In this document: positions 50,030-62,120 of the stretch, in pieces | Layout of the letters: every line of letters starts with the position of its first letter | Numbering within the stretch: position 1 is the stretch's first letter | Source of the DNA: Octopus sinensis | Taxonomy: Eukaryota | Direction: 5' to 3' | Assembly (NCBI RefSeq): GCF_006345805.1 | Contig: NC_043022.1 | Coordinates: forward strand, 10,664,001-10,728,000 | Length of the DNA stretch: 64,000 bases | Program-made: the position numbers and the translations under genes | The notes under the pieces: model-generated | Seen by the model: only the letters and a program-made list of their open reading frames with translations | Databases searched by the model: none | What the model was told of the DNA's origin: nothing

Positions 50030-50030
<1 letters not shown>
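49476..50030. mobile_element. 555-bp non-coding element inserted in a (TTA)n array
   Basis: Complex sequence with sharp boundaries against (TTA)n on both sides; no ORF. Confidence 0.55.
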
Positions 50031-50125
<95 letters not shown>

Positions 50126-50564
50126 GGTGGCAAGCTGGCAGAATCGTTAGCATGCTGGATGAAATGCTTAATGGCATTTTGTCTGTCTTTACTTTCTGAG
50201 TTCAAATTCTGCTGAGGTCAACTTTGCCTTCTATCCTTGGGGAGGGGAGGGGTTGATGTAATCAACTATTCCCCTACACCAAATTCCAGGCCTTGTGCCA
50301 ATAGTAGAAAGGATTATTATTACCATGAAGGCTGCGAGCTGGCTGAATCTTTAGAATGCTGGGTAAAATGCTAGCGGCACTTCACCCATCTTTACATTCT
50401 GGGTTCAAATTCCACTGAGGTTAACTTTACCTCTCATCCTTTCCAAGGTTGATAAATTAAGTATCAGTGAAACACTAGGGTCGATGTAATCAACTGGTCC
50501 CCTCCTTCAAAATTTTAAGCCTTGTGCCTATAGTAGAAAGCTTTATTATTATTATTATTATTAT

Positions 50565-52215
50565 CTTTTTTTTTCTTCTTCTTTCAAATTTGCTTCCATT
50601 TCTTGCCGAGTGTCTTCCCGACTCCTAGGACAAAGAAACTCGTAGTATACATTGGTAGGCCATTAAACTAAACTCACTAGTTTGTTCATTTTTTAATTTT
50701 TTTTTTTTTTTTAAAGTTAAATTAAAATACATGGGTAGTAATAGTTCTCACGTCGACAGTGCTCTTCTCAATACGTGTGATGTACCAGTTAAGACAATCT
50801 TGCAGGGATGGTAAGCCAGGGATCATTCTCATATAATTTTCGGTTCCCTTCTTGATCATTCCTAGTGCTCCTACAATCACTGGTATTGTAACCGCCTTGA
50901 AATGCCACATTTTCTCGATTTCAATGAGCAGGTCTTTATATTTTCTGAGCTTGTCAAACTCTTTCGCTGAGATATTATGACCACAGGGGATGTTCATGTC
51001 GATCAATAAGCAAACTTTATTGTTTTGGTCTTTCACAACAATATCTGGTTTATTGGCTTTGATGGTTCGGTCTGTATGTACTGGAAAGTCCCACAGAATC
51101 GTTACATTTTCTCCTTCAGTTACAGCTTCAGGGTGGTGATTACCACTTGTCGGCAGTTTTGATATTGTAATGCCGACTTATTAGCCAGTGTAGATATTGG
51201 CCAACTCTGTCATGTCTTAATTTATACTCCACTGGTGCTAAGACTTTACATCCAGAGATTAGGTGGTCCACTGTTTCAATCATGTCGTTGCAGAATCGGC
51301 ATTTTGGGTCTGCTCCATTTTTCATCACATTTGCCTGGTAGTTCCGGGTTAACAGGCTTTGATCTTGAGCAGCCAGGATGAAACCTTCGCTCTCTGCTTT
51401 TAGCCCTGAGCTCTGTAGCCACTGATAGGTTTGCTTCTGGCCAACATCAGCTTGTTTGCTACAGGCCACATTTTTGCCGTGCAGAGGTTTCTCCTCCCAC
51501 CTATCAGCCAATTGCTCGTGCGCTTTTTTCGTTGCCATTATTTTCACCTTCTTTGCAACAATAGTTGCCGTACTTCCCTCGGGTTGTTCAGTTTGGGTAT
51601 CCTGCATGAGATCAATAGCAAATTTTTTGCTTTCCTTTATGATAGAATGAAGCTTCTTTCATCTCTCGTGATTTTCCACGAGCTTTAGCATCCAGTCATT
51701 CATTATTTCAAGATATTTGGCCAGTCCAATTGTGGTTGTTTTGTAAGCTAGTTTAAATTAGATCAGGCCTCGACCTCCTTGGGCTCTGGGAAGGTAAAGG
51801 CAATCTACGTCTGCCTTTGAGTGGTGCATCCTATTACAACTCAGCAGCTTGCGTATTTTCCTATCTATATTCTTTACTTCACTCATATTCCAGTTCAACA
51901 CATTGTAGCTATAAGTAACAACTGGAGCTGCTAAGGAATTTATAGCTAACACCTTGTTACGTGCATTTAGTTCAGATTTCAGGACTGCACGAACTCTCCT
52001 ATAACATTCCTTCCTGATCTTCTCTTTCATGCTTGCATGCTGAATACCAGAGCCTTCATTTATCCCTAAATATTTGTATGTTTGTTCTTGCTCAAACTCT
52101 CTTATGACTGTGTCAACATCTAACACGACTGAATTTGTGGTCTCCACTTTCCCTTTCTGGAAAGTGGCCTTGGCACACTTCTCAAGCCCAAACTCCATCC
52201 CGATGTCATCACTGA
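50565..52215 (-). mobile_element. 5'-truncated R4/Dong-clade non-LTR retrotransposon (RT thumb, CCHC, restriction-like endonuclease)
   Basis: FSDDIGMEFGLEKCA...YKYLG...GGRGL; CRFCNDMIETVDHLISGC...YKLRHD; KPDIVV...LIDMNIP...KEFDKLRKY...IPVIVGALG. Contains stops and a frameshift; (TAA)n on both flanks. Confidence 0.88.
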
Positions 52216-52247
<32 letters not shown>

Positions 52248-52459
52248 GCTTATTACACTATTATTATTACTTTTATTACATTTAAGTGAGGTGATGAATA
52301 AGGGAGAATGTAGCTAAGGCCCTGGTAATTTTATAGTCTTCTGGTTTCAAATGAGTCATGATGAAGAATGTCAAGAAATATGACAGCACAAGTTCAAATT
52401 GACTGTCACGTTTATCTTGCCACTAAAAGAACATACAGCAAACTGGTACACATGAGAGG

Positions 52460-52568
52460 AATTATGTGCATTATTTACATTATTTATATATGCCCATGGG
52501 CATATGGCATAGTGGTTGAGAGCGCGGGCTACTAACCCCAAGATTCCGAGTTCGATTCCAGGCAGTGA

Positions 52569-52599
<31 letters not shown>

Positions 52600-52826
52600 T
52601 ATAATAATAATAATAATAATTATAATAATAATAATAATAATTATAATAATAATAATAATGACAACAACATCGAAAAAGACCTTAGGAATGAGAACCCAGC
52701 TTCGAAATTTCCCTGAGGCACCCGATGAAGGCTGGAGGATACATCAGCTGAAATGGTGTGTTAACAACAAACAAGATGAGGACAAATATCTGTCAAGTGT
52801 AAATAATGTAAATAATGAATAATTCT
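52460..52826 (+). mobile_element. Composite element: inverted tail fragment + tRNA-like head + (AAT)n + hammerhead-like tail
   Basis: A-box-like TGGCATAGTGG, anticodon-like arm and B box GTTCGATTC (52505-52560). Motif CAC-CCGATGA-A-GGCTG...CAGCT-GAAAT-GGT-GTG at 52719-52760. 52460-52489 is the reverse complement of the tail at 52797-52826. Confidence 0.6.
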
Positions 52827-53444
52827 GTTAATAAAAATACAATGGTTCCTTGTGCAGATTGAATTTGTAGACGTGTGTGGGAAAAACACAAAGCATGGCG
52901 ACAAAAATCTCTGCTGACAATTCTCTTCTCACTGGTAATGCATAGTGGAATAAAACTTGCTCTATGCTGAAGATCCAAAGTCCATCGTGCAATCCACCTC
53001 ACTGAGGAATTAGTGGGAAAAACTTCCCTCTGTAGCTAAGGGTAGCACACTTAGCTAGTCTGTCATGTGATGGGGTGGACAGCCTGTGTAAAGCTAGGAC
53101 TTGACCATCATGTGATGAGCCAAAATGTGGGTATCTAAAGGTAAAGAGCCAAGCTGGTGACCATTCTTCTGCTACAACATTAATATTATTATGTACATTA
53201 CATTATTATAATTACGTTTGTATATTTGATATTGAGTTCGATTTTTGGCAGTGCATTGTGTCCTTGAGCAAGACACTTTATTTCTCATTGCCGCAGTCTA
53301 ATCAGCTGGCAAAAAAGAAAACAAAAAGAGTTGTACTTGTAACTGATAGGACTAGCCTTGTCACATTCCGTGTCACACTGAATCTCCCTGGGAACTATGT
53401 TGTCCAGTACAGTAATGACTCTGCACCTTTGCTACCATGCCACC

Positions 53445-53832
53445 AAGGTGGTGAGCTGGCAGAAACGTTAGCACGCCGGTGAAATGCTTAGCGGTATTTC
53501 GTCTGCCGTTACGTTGTGAGTTCAAATTCCGCCAAGGTTGGCTTTGCCTTTCATCTTTTTCGGGGTTGATAAATTAAGTACCAGTTACGCACTGGGATCG
53601 ACGTAATTGACTTAATACCTATGTCTGTCCTTGTTTGTCCCCTCTATGTTTAGCCCCTTGTGGGTAATAAAGAAATAGGTATTTTGTCTGTCTTTACATT
53701 CTGAGTTCAAATTCCGCCAAGGTCGACTTTGCCTTTCATTCTTCTGGGGGTCAATAAATTAATTACCAGTTGCATACTGGGGTCGATATAATTGACTGTC
53801 CCCCTCCCCCAAAATTTTGGGCTGTCTGCCTA
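53445..53832 (+). mobile_element. tRNA-derived SINE (family D), with partial internal duplication
   Basis: AAGGTGGTGAGCTGGCAGAAACGTTAGC...GAGTTCAAATTCC...GGGGTTGATAAATTAAGTACCAGT. Many copies at 37880-40230, 46560-47390, 50124-50540 and 58690-60180. Confidence 0.75.
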
Positions 53833-54008
53833 GAATAGAAAAGAACCACATGTTATTCAACATTTTTTCACTGACATTTTAATAACTCTGCTAATTAATT
53901 ACCTCACATTTAATGATGAGAACATAAAAAATTCTAATTCTAAAAATTAATATAGTGAGGGAAAGTCAGTGTATAAGTTTGTTAGAGTACAAGTTTCTCT
54001 ATTTGGAT

Positions 54009-54261
54009 CAGTGGTTCTCAACCCATTTTTGCCTGTAGATTCCTTTGATTCCTATTTTACTCGAGAGGACCCTCATAGCCAGTTGAAGATTTTAAAAGTC
54101 CTATTACATTTTCATAATTAAATATTATTAGGAATTATATTTTAAAAAATTATTAAAATATCTTGTGTATTGTGGAAGTATAATCAATTTATTGCAGATT
54201 TTAACAATAAAATCTTACATTGACCCCCAAGGGCCATATGGACCCTTGTTGAGAACCACTG
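54009..54261. mobile_element. hAT (Charlie-like) MITE
   Basis: Perfect 14-bp TIR CAGTGGTTCTCAAC / GTTGAGAACCACTG; degenerate 8-bp flanks. Confidence 0.75.
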
Positions 54262-54302
54262 GTTTAAATACTTAATGCTCTCCACATTAAATATGTTAAC
54301 AC

Positions 54303-54667
54303 ATCATCATCCTTGTTCGACCGTGGTCGAGACAATGGAATTTACTATGTTACACCAAACTTCACGGTCCATCATAGCATTACGGAGGTCCTGTTGCTGG
54401 ATGCCTGTATCCCTGGATATTACATCAGGGTAGGAGGGTGTGCGTCCTCTGGTATCGCGAGCAGATGGCTTCAAGAGGAGAAGAGTAGAAATTACCTCTT
54501 TTTCAGCTCTACAACAATGTCCAGCAAACTGGACTCTTCTACCTTTCACAAGAGATGATACAGGTGGTAATTTCCCATTTATTTGTACTCTGGTTGGATG
54601 ATGCTTCCACAAGAGATTTTGAGCTCTCATAAGGAGGCGAGTGTAAGTTCCATCCAACACTAACTTA
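54303..54667 (-). mobile_element. RTE-clade LINE 3' end
   Basis: LDGTYTRLLMRAQN...RRVQFAGHCCR...RGRTPSYPDVISRDTG...MMDREVW followed by a GATGATG tail. Confidence 0.8.
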
Positions 54668-56630
54668 ACTATTATTTCTGGGGACGGTACCTCTTGGTAA
54701 TTTATTTCTTTAAATATGCAAAGTTTTCATATCTACTTGTATACAATATTTTATAACTACATTACTGATTCTCTCATCACTACTTTATCAAGTACAGTGT
54801 AGTCAGTTCTTTGTTGAAGAGGTCTAATAAGATGAAACATGTCTTGAGTTATTCTGCATATTTGATGAAATAAATGAAACAATATCATTTTTTAAGTTAA
54901 TGTATTTTCCTTAGTACATAAATATTTTAATTAGCTATTAATTGCTCACTGCCTTAAACATGTTAACACTAATTTAACTATTATTATTTTAATACATTTG
55001 GTATGCCTGAGTAATTAACTTCAGAGACATATTTCTAAATTGGGCCTGTGGAGGTTATTTCTCGGCCATGGGGCCAGAGGAAAGAGTTTTTGTCCTGGTA
55101 GTGAGATAATGCTGGATGTGAACTGATGGTTATTTGGGTAGTAAACCCTGACCTCTATCACCCGATGAAAATCAGTAATCTTTGACACCCTGGCTCTGCA
55201 ATTAGCCTATTTTACACATATCATATGTATTTTAATTCATCTAGTGTTTCAAATCATCTGATTTCGGTAGGAAGGTGGGTAATTCTTATCTCAGGGCCAG
55301 AAATATAAAACTTTTTTTTTTAATCTGATGACATTGTTTGACCTCAATCACACATACCAACATCAACATTTCACTTGTGTAATTAAATTCCTCGTTAGTC
55401 TAACATTGATTGGTAGCAATTGTTGACATCTCTCCTTTACATATTTTGCTGGAGGAGGAAAAAAATAAAATGAAACTCCACCCTGTTTTTGCTCCTACGT
55501 TACTGACTTTCAGACTTTTGGTAGCAGGGGACGTGGGTGGGGGACAAGAAGGATTAATTTTACTGGGAACGTGGATAATAAGAGGTCACACGTGTGGTTG
55601 TGTGCTTAAGAAGTTTGCATCAAAAACTTGTAGTTCCAGGTTCCTTCTCACTGCATGGCAGCACCTTGGGCAAGTGTTTTCTATCATAACTTTGGATTGA
55701 CCAATACTTTCATCATCATCATCATCATCAGTTAACGTCCGTTTTCTATGCTAGCATGGGTTGGACGGTTTGACCAGGGTCTGAGAACCAGGAGGCTGCA
55801 CCAGCTTCAGTCTGATCTGGCAGTGTTTCTACAGCTGGATACCCTTCCTAACACCAACCACTCTGTGAGTGTAGTGGGTGCTTTTTATGTGCCACCGGCA
55901 CATGGGCCAGAGGAGGCTGGCACCGTCCACAATTGGTTGGTGAATTTTACATGCCACCAGCATGGAAGCCAGTCAAGGCGGCGCTAGCATCGGCCACATT
56001 TGGATGGTGCTTTTTACATGCCACTGGCACGGGTATTACAACTATAATTTCCATTTGATTTTTATTTTGATGCTGATGTTGATGTACTTGACTCGATAGG
56101 TCTCCTCAAGCACAGCAGGTCACTATCTGATCTGAGGTAAGCACAGCAAGTTGTCCTACGATCCAAGGTACTTTGAATATCTGAAGGTACCAGAGGCTAT
56201 AGTAGAAGACACTTACCCAAGGTGCCATGCAGTGGGACTGAATTCGGAACCATGTGATTGGGAAGCAAGCTTCTTACCATACAGCCACGTCTGCATCTGT
56301 TTATTAGAATGACATTGTAGGGTTAGCATGAGAGGCTGGATCTGACCAGTTTTAGCATAAAATAGAATATCTGACCCACATGTGGCTGGTTTAAATGCTA
56401 AAGGGGTTAAGGCACACACATACTAATTAGTGTCTCAGTGACACTACATTGTCTAGAGGGCTCTATTTTAACTATGCATACAGAAGCTATAAATGTAGGG
56501 TCCCTTACATGTACATTCCTTTACTCAGCAGTATATAAAACTGACTACTGTTTCTCCTTTTCTAATTGATTGTTTTCAACATAGGGTCTCGAAGTCACAA
56601 ATTCCAGATCAGGAGGTTAATCACTTAAAT

Positions 56631-57228
56631 CAGTTGTTCTTGACTGTGGTCCGTATGGCCCCTGAGGCTCCATTTAAGATTTTAACAAATTGGAGGTCTA
56701 CAATAGTATCTTAAGGGCCCTAGAAGAAATTATGCTTTCGATGTTTGTATTGGTATGTATAGTGGAGGCGCGTGGCTTAGTGGTTAGGTTGTTGAACTCA
56801 TGATCGCAAAGTTGTGGTTTTGATTCCTGGACTGGGGTGATGCGTTGTGTTCTTGAGCAAAACACTTCATTTCACGTTGCTCCAGTCCACTCAGCTGGTA
56901 AAAATGAGTAATCCTGCGACGGACCGGTGTCCTCTCCAGGTGGGGAATTTCTACGCCACTGAAACTGGGAAGCCTGCCCTTATGAGCTTGGCATGGCTCG
57001 AGAAGGAATATGTTTTTATTGATATGTATTGCAAGAAACAGCTAGGTTTCTCTCTTTAATGTTTTACATAGTTCGACCTACACAAGTTGATGGGTGACAA
57101 ACAAAATAGGAAATTCTAAAGAAGTTTCTATAAAACTAATTTTTAAACATTGAATGGCGATGGGTGTCCACCAGAGTAAAATAGTAATCAAAGGGGTCCA
57201 TACATAAAAAAAGGGTTAAGAAACCCTG
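56631..57228. mobile_element. hAT MITE interrupted by a tRNA-derived SINE (56763-57008)
   Basis: TIR-like CAGTTGTTCTTGAC / GTTAAGAAACCCTG; 8-bp TSD ACTTAAAT / ATTTAAAT (7 of 8 match). Confidence 0.65.
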
Positions 57229-57789
57229 ATTTAAATCAACCTCAATACTTGGCCAGTGCCCCAAAAGGATGAAAGACAAAGTTTGCTCTTAGCAGCATTT
57301 AAATACTGACTGTCAAGAGAGTGAACAGATGCTGCTAAGCATTAAGCGTTTTTTCTTCAATGTTCCAGTAACACTGTCAGTCTTTCACCCTCTAACTAAT
57401 TAATAAAAAAATGAACACAAAAGAGAAAAATAAAAGAAAGAAAATTCACACATTGTGACCTAATAATTATTATCAGTAATTAAGCTTGTGTTTTATAAAA
57501 CAACATAGATACCCCATTCTGAAAAGGGGACAAATTAGTCTGAATATTATTCATTTCCTGTCATATTTCTGCAGATTCCCTGTGTGGCAACCAACATAAA
57601 AGAACCCGACCACTTTTGGTCTTCTATTTATTTAAGATTATGACAAATACTTTATGGAGTCGGAGTTGGGGACCCAGTCAAAAGAACGCACACACAAAAA
57701 TATTAATAATAATAATAATAATAATGGCTTCCTCATTCTTCACTTCAGTGGTATGTTGAGAATTAGCTACTTAAGTCTTTTGCTACTAA

Positions 57790-58610
57790 ACGCTGTAAAT
57801 CATAATAACCAGACACCACTTCCACCAGCACCATCAACTCCGCCAACACCACCAATTCCACTAACCTCCATTAACACCTCTGCCACCACCACCAAGATCA
57901 CCATCATCATCATCATCATCACCACCACCACCACCACCATCATTATCAACACCATTGTTGGTAATATCATCATCATCAGCTTTATCATTACCATTGTCAT
58001 CATCACCATCACCACCATCATAATGAACACTCCTATCATTATCACCCTCGTAATCATCATCATCATCATGCTCAGTGTCATTGTCATCATCATTGTCATT
58101 GTTGCCATCATCATCATCATCATCATGGCCAGGAAAAGGATGGGATGATCACAGAAAGAGTGCCTTCAATCAAGGTTGACCGGGAGATAAACGACAACAT
58201 ATGCACCACCATCACTACCATTAGCTGCCCACCACCACCACCACCACCACCACTACAACATGTTCCGCCATCACTGTTACTGGGGGATTGTTAATGAACT
58301 GTATCCTTTTTTTTAATTACTGGAGTCTTAATTAAGTTAAATGATTGAGCACTTACCCTGTCTTAACTCTTGACTGAGACTTGGCCTGCTGCTGCTGCTG
58401 CTGCTACTACTACTACTACTACTACTTCTACTACTACTACTACTACTACCAAGACTACAACAGAAGCACTATTATTGCTGCTGCCACCGCACCCACCACC
58501 ACCATCACCACCATCACTACTACTACTACTGCAACCTCTGTCTTGTATCACTACCACTTCTACTACAACCATTACAACTGTAACCACCATTACCATCATC
58601 AACTGCAGCA
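57790..58610. repeat. (CAC/CAT/ACT)n trinucleotide low-complexity tracts
   Basis: Direct reading; source of the poly-I/T/M ORFs. Confidence 0.9.
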
Positions 58611-58869
58611 CTATTCTTGTCTTTATCCTATTGACCCCAAAAGGACTTTGGTAGGATTTGAACTCTGAACAAAAAAAGAGTCAAATGAGATTCCACAAGG
58701 TGTTGTTCCAATGCTCCAAGGATTCTACAAGCTCACAACTTTTAATAATGATTTCTATTTCAGGTTTAAAGCCAGCAGTTTTTCAGGGAAAGTGGTAACT
58801 CAAAACCATCAACTCCTGCATGACCCTGGAAGGACGAAAGCAATGTTGACTTCAGCAGGATTTGAACTC

Positions 58870-60180
58870 AAAGCAGAAAGGGCTGGAAGAAATTTTGGTT
58901 CCAAATTTTGGCACAAGACCGGCAATTTCAGGGGAGGGGTAAGTCAATTACCTCACCCACTAGTGTTCAACTGGTACTTATTTTATTGGCCCTGAAAAGA
59001 TGAAAGAAAAAGTTGACCGAGGTGGAATTTGAACTCAGAACATCAAGACAGACGAAATGCTGCTAAACATTTCAGCCGGAGTGCTAACAATCCTGTCAGT
59101 TCACTGCTTTAAGGCCGGAAGGAACATTGGCTTCAAATTTTGACATAAGGCTAGCACTCTCAGAGGAGGGGTTTAAGTCAATTACATTGACCCCAGCATT
59201 CAACTGGTATTTATTTTATTGACACTCGAGAGGATGAAAGCAAAGTCAACCTTGGTAGAATTTGAACTTGGAAACTAAAGATGGACAAAATACCGATAAG
59301 CATTTTGCCCGGAGTGTTAATGATTCTTATTTCTTTATTGCCCACAAGGGGCTCAACATAGAGGGGACTAACAAGGACAAACAAAGGGATTAAGTCGATT
59401 ACATCGACTCCAGTGCATAATTGGTACTTAATTTATCAACCCTGAAAGGATGAAAGGCAAAGTCAACCCTGGTGGAATTTGAACTCAGAACGTAAAGACA
59501 GATGAAATACTGCTAAGCATTTTGCCCGACGTGCTAACATTTCTGCCAGCTCACTGCCTTGCTGCCTCAAGGCTAGAAGAAATATTGATTCTAAATTTTG
59601 GCACAAGGCCAGCAATTTCGGGTGAGGGGGTATGTCAATTACCTCACCCCCTAGTGTTCAACTGGTACTTATTTTACTGACCCTGAAAGGATGAAAGAGA
59701 AAGTCGACCTTAGCAGAATTTGAACTCAAAACATAAAGACAGACATTAACGATCCTGTCAGCTCACTGCCTTAGGGCTGGAAGAAACACTGGCTTCAAAT
59801 TTTGACACAAGGCTAGCAATTTCAGGGTAGCGGGTAAGTTGAATACAGTATTCAGTTGGTATTTATCAACCCTGGAAGGATGAAAGACAAAATCAACCTT
59901 GGCAAAATAAAAAGGCAGAACATAAAGACAGATGAAATACATATTTCTTTACTACCCACAAGGGGCTAAATACAGAGAGGACAAACAAGGACAGACAAAG
60001 AGATCAAGTCGATTTCATCGACCCCAGTGCGTAACTGGTACTTGATTTATCGACCCTGAAAGGATGAAAGGTAAAGTCAACCTTGGCGGAATTTGAACTC
60101 GGAATGTAATGACAGATGAAATACCACTAAGCGTTTTACCCAGCGTGCTAACGATTCTTCCAGCTCACCACCCAAGGGCT
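58870..60180 (-). repeat. Tandem array of six family D SINE copies, organised as (ABC)x2
   Basis: Diagnostic variants recur at ~650-700-bp spacing (see findings). Confidence 0.7.
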
Positions 60181-62075
60181 CAAAGCTATATTGCAAAGTA
60201 TTTTTCCACTGCTCTAACAACTCTGCCAGATCTCTGCCACACAAAGACACAAATTTTGAAGGAAGGATGTAATTGACTTAATTGACACAAGTCCAATAAT
60301 AAGACCAGCAGATAAACACATAATGAGCCTGACATCATTATCCATGTCAGATATAACAATAACATTTTAATAATTGTTAACATAGCAATGCCAACTGTCT
60401 GTAATATTGTGGAGAAGTGAAGTGAAATGCAAAGGAATTAAACTGCCATGGTATTAAAGACATTACGGTAGTTAGGAATGTGTCTGTCATGCCATTTGTA
60501 ATTGGTACATGACTGGATTGAAACAACCTTTCTGTGAAGATATTAACAGATTTATCAATAAAAGTTGTATGTATGTGTGTGTATATTATTATTATTATTA
60601 TTATAATGATGATGACGACGACGATGATGATGATGATGATGATAACGAAGACGACGATGATGATGATGATCATCATCATCATCATCATCTTCATCATAAT
60701 CATCATCATCATCATCACCATTTAACATCTGTTTTCCATGCTGGCATGGGTCGGATGGTTTAACAGGATCTGGTGAACCACATGGCTGCATTAAGTTCCA
60801 ATGTCTGCTTTGACGTGGTTTCTACAGTTGAATGCCTTTCCCAATGCCAATCGTTTTACAGAGTGTACTGGGGGCTTTTCACGTGAGGTCACCAATTAAC
60901 TTGCAAGACAAAGAATCCCTCTTATTGCCTCACTTCACTCCCCTCCCTTGCCTTTACCATTCCTTCAGTGTTTTGCTCTGTTATAACCAGAAATGACCCT
61001 GACTAAAATAGCAGTAATTTTATAGGTCGTTCAATTCTTCCCAATCAATGAATGGACTGATTGAGTAAAGCTATCAATACCAAACCTATAACAAATCCTG
61101 GAGACAGATGTAACTCAAATTTACTGCCACAAAGAAAAATTTGTAACGACCATAATTTATACCTTGTCATATATTTATATCATGTTCAGCTGTTATTCGC
61201 AACACATTTGTTTCTCTCTCTGTTATTTTCCCTCTCAATCCTTTCTGTTGAAGAGCATAGGCTTCAAACGTCAAAAACTTTTCCATCGTTTCCGAGCATC
61301 AAACTGATAAACCTGCTTGTTATTCCTTCACCTCTCTTCATTTTTGTTTTCTTTAAATTTGGACTCTTCTTGGGACACAAAACTCTACTTGTGAAGACCT
61401 GTTGAGGCAAGTGAGGATCAGAATCGAAATCGATCAATGGAAATTGCAGATGTGTTACCAGTGCCGGTGGCATGTAAGAGAACCTTCCGTTACCAGTGCC
61501 GCCCCGACTGGCCTCGTGCCGGTGGCACGTAAAAAGCACTATCCGTTCGTGTCCGTTGCCAGCCTCGCCTGGCCCCCGTGCCGGTGGCACATAAAAAGCA
61601 CCATCCGTTCGTGGCTGTTTGCCAGCTCTGTCTGGCACCTGTGCGGGTGGCACGTAAAAAGCACCCACTACACTCATGGAGTGGTTGGCGTTAGGAAGGG
61701 CATCCAGCCGTAGAAACACTGCCAGATTTGACTGGGCCTGATGAAGCCTTCTGGCTTCACAGACCCCAGTAGAACCGTCCAACCCATGCTAGCATGGAAA
61801 ACGGATGCTAAACGATGATGATGATGATGATGATGATATATATATATATATATGCTTCACAGACCCCAGTAGAACCGTCCAACCCATGCTAGCATGGAAA
61901 GCGGACGCTAAACGATGATGATGATGATGATGATGATGATATATATGTGTGTTCAATTGCCTCATATAAATTGAGTACCAGTGAAATACTGGGGTTGATG
62001 TAATCGACTAGTTCCACCCACCCACCCTACCACAAATTTCAGGCCTTGTGCCTATAGTAAAAAGGATTATCATTG

Positions 62076-62089
<14 letters not shown>

Positions 62090-62120
<31 letters not shown>

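Noticed and set aside
49975-50030. Short resemblance to U2 snRNA stem-loop IV (CCTGGTACTGCA) and to 5S rRNA
   Set aside because: Only about 12 nt match; no Sm site or further colinearity.
52498-52572. Functional tRNA gene
   Set aside because: The acceptor stem does not pair; it is a SINE-like head.
57654-58668. Poly-I/T/M/V ORFs resembling membrane or mucin proteins (also 10812-11183, 60377-60791, 62039-63011)
   Set aside because: Trinucleotide low-complexity repeats with no splice or domain support.
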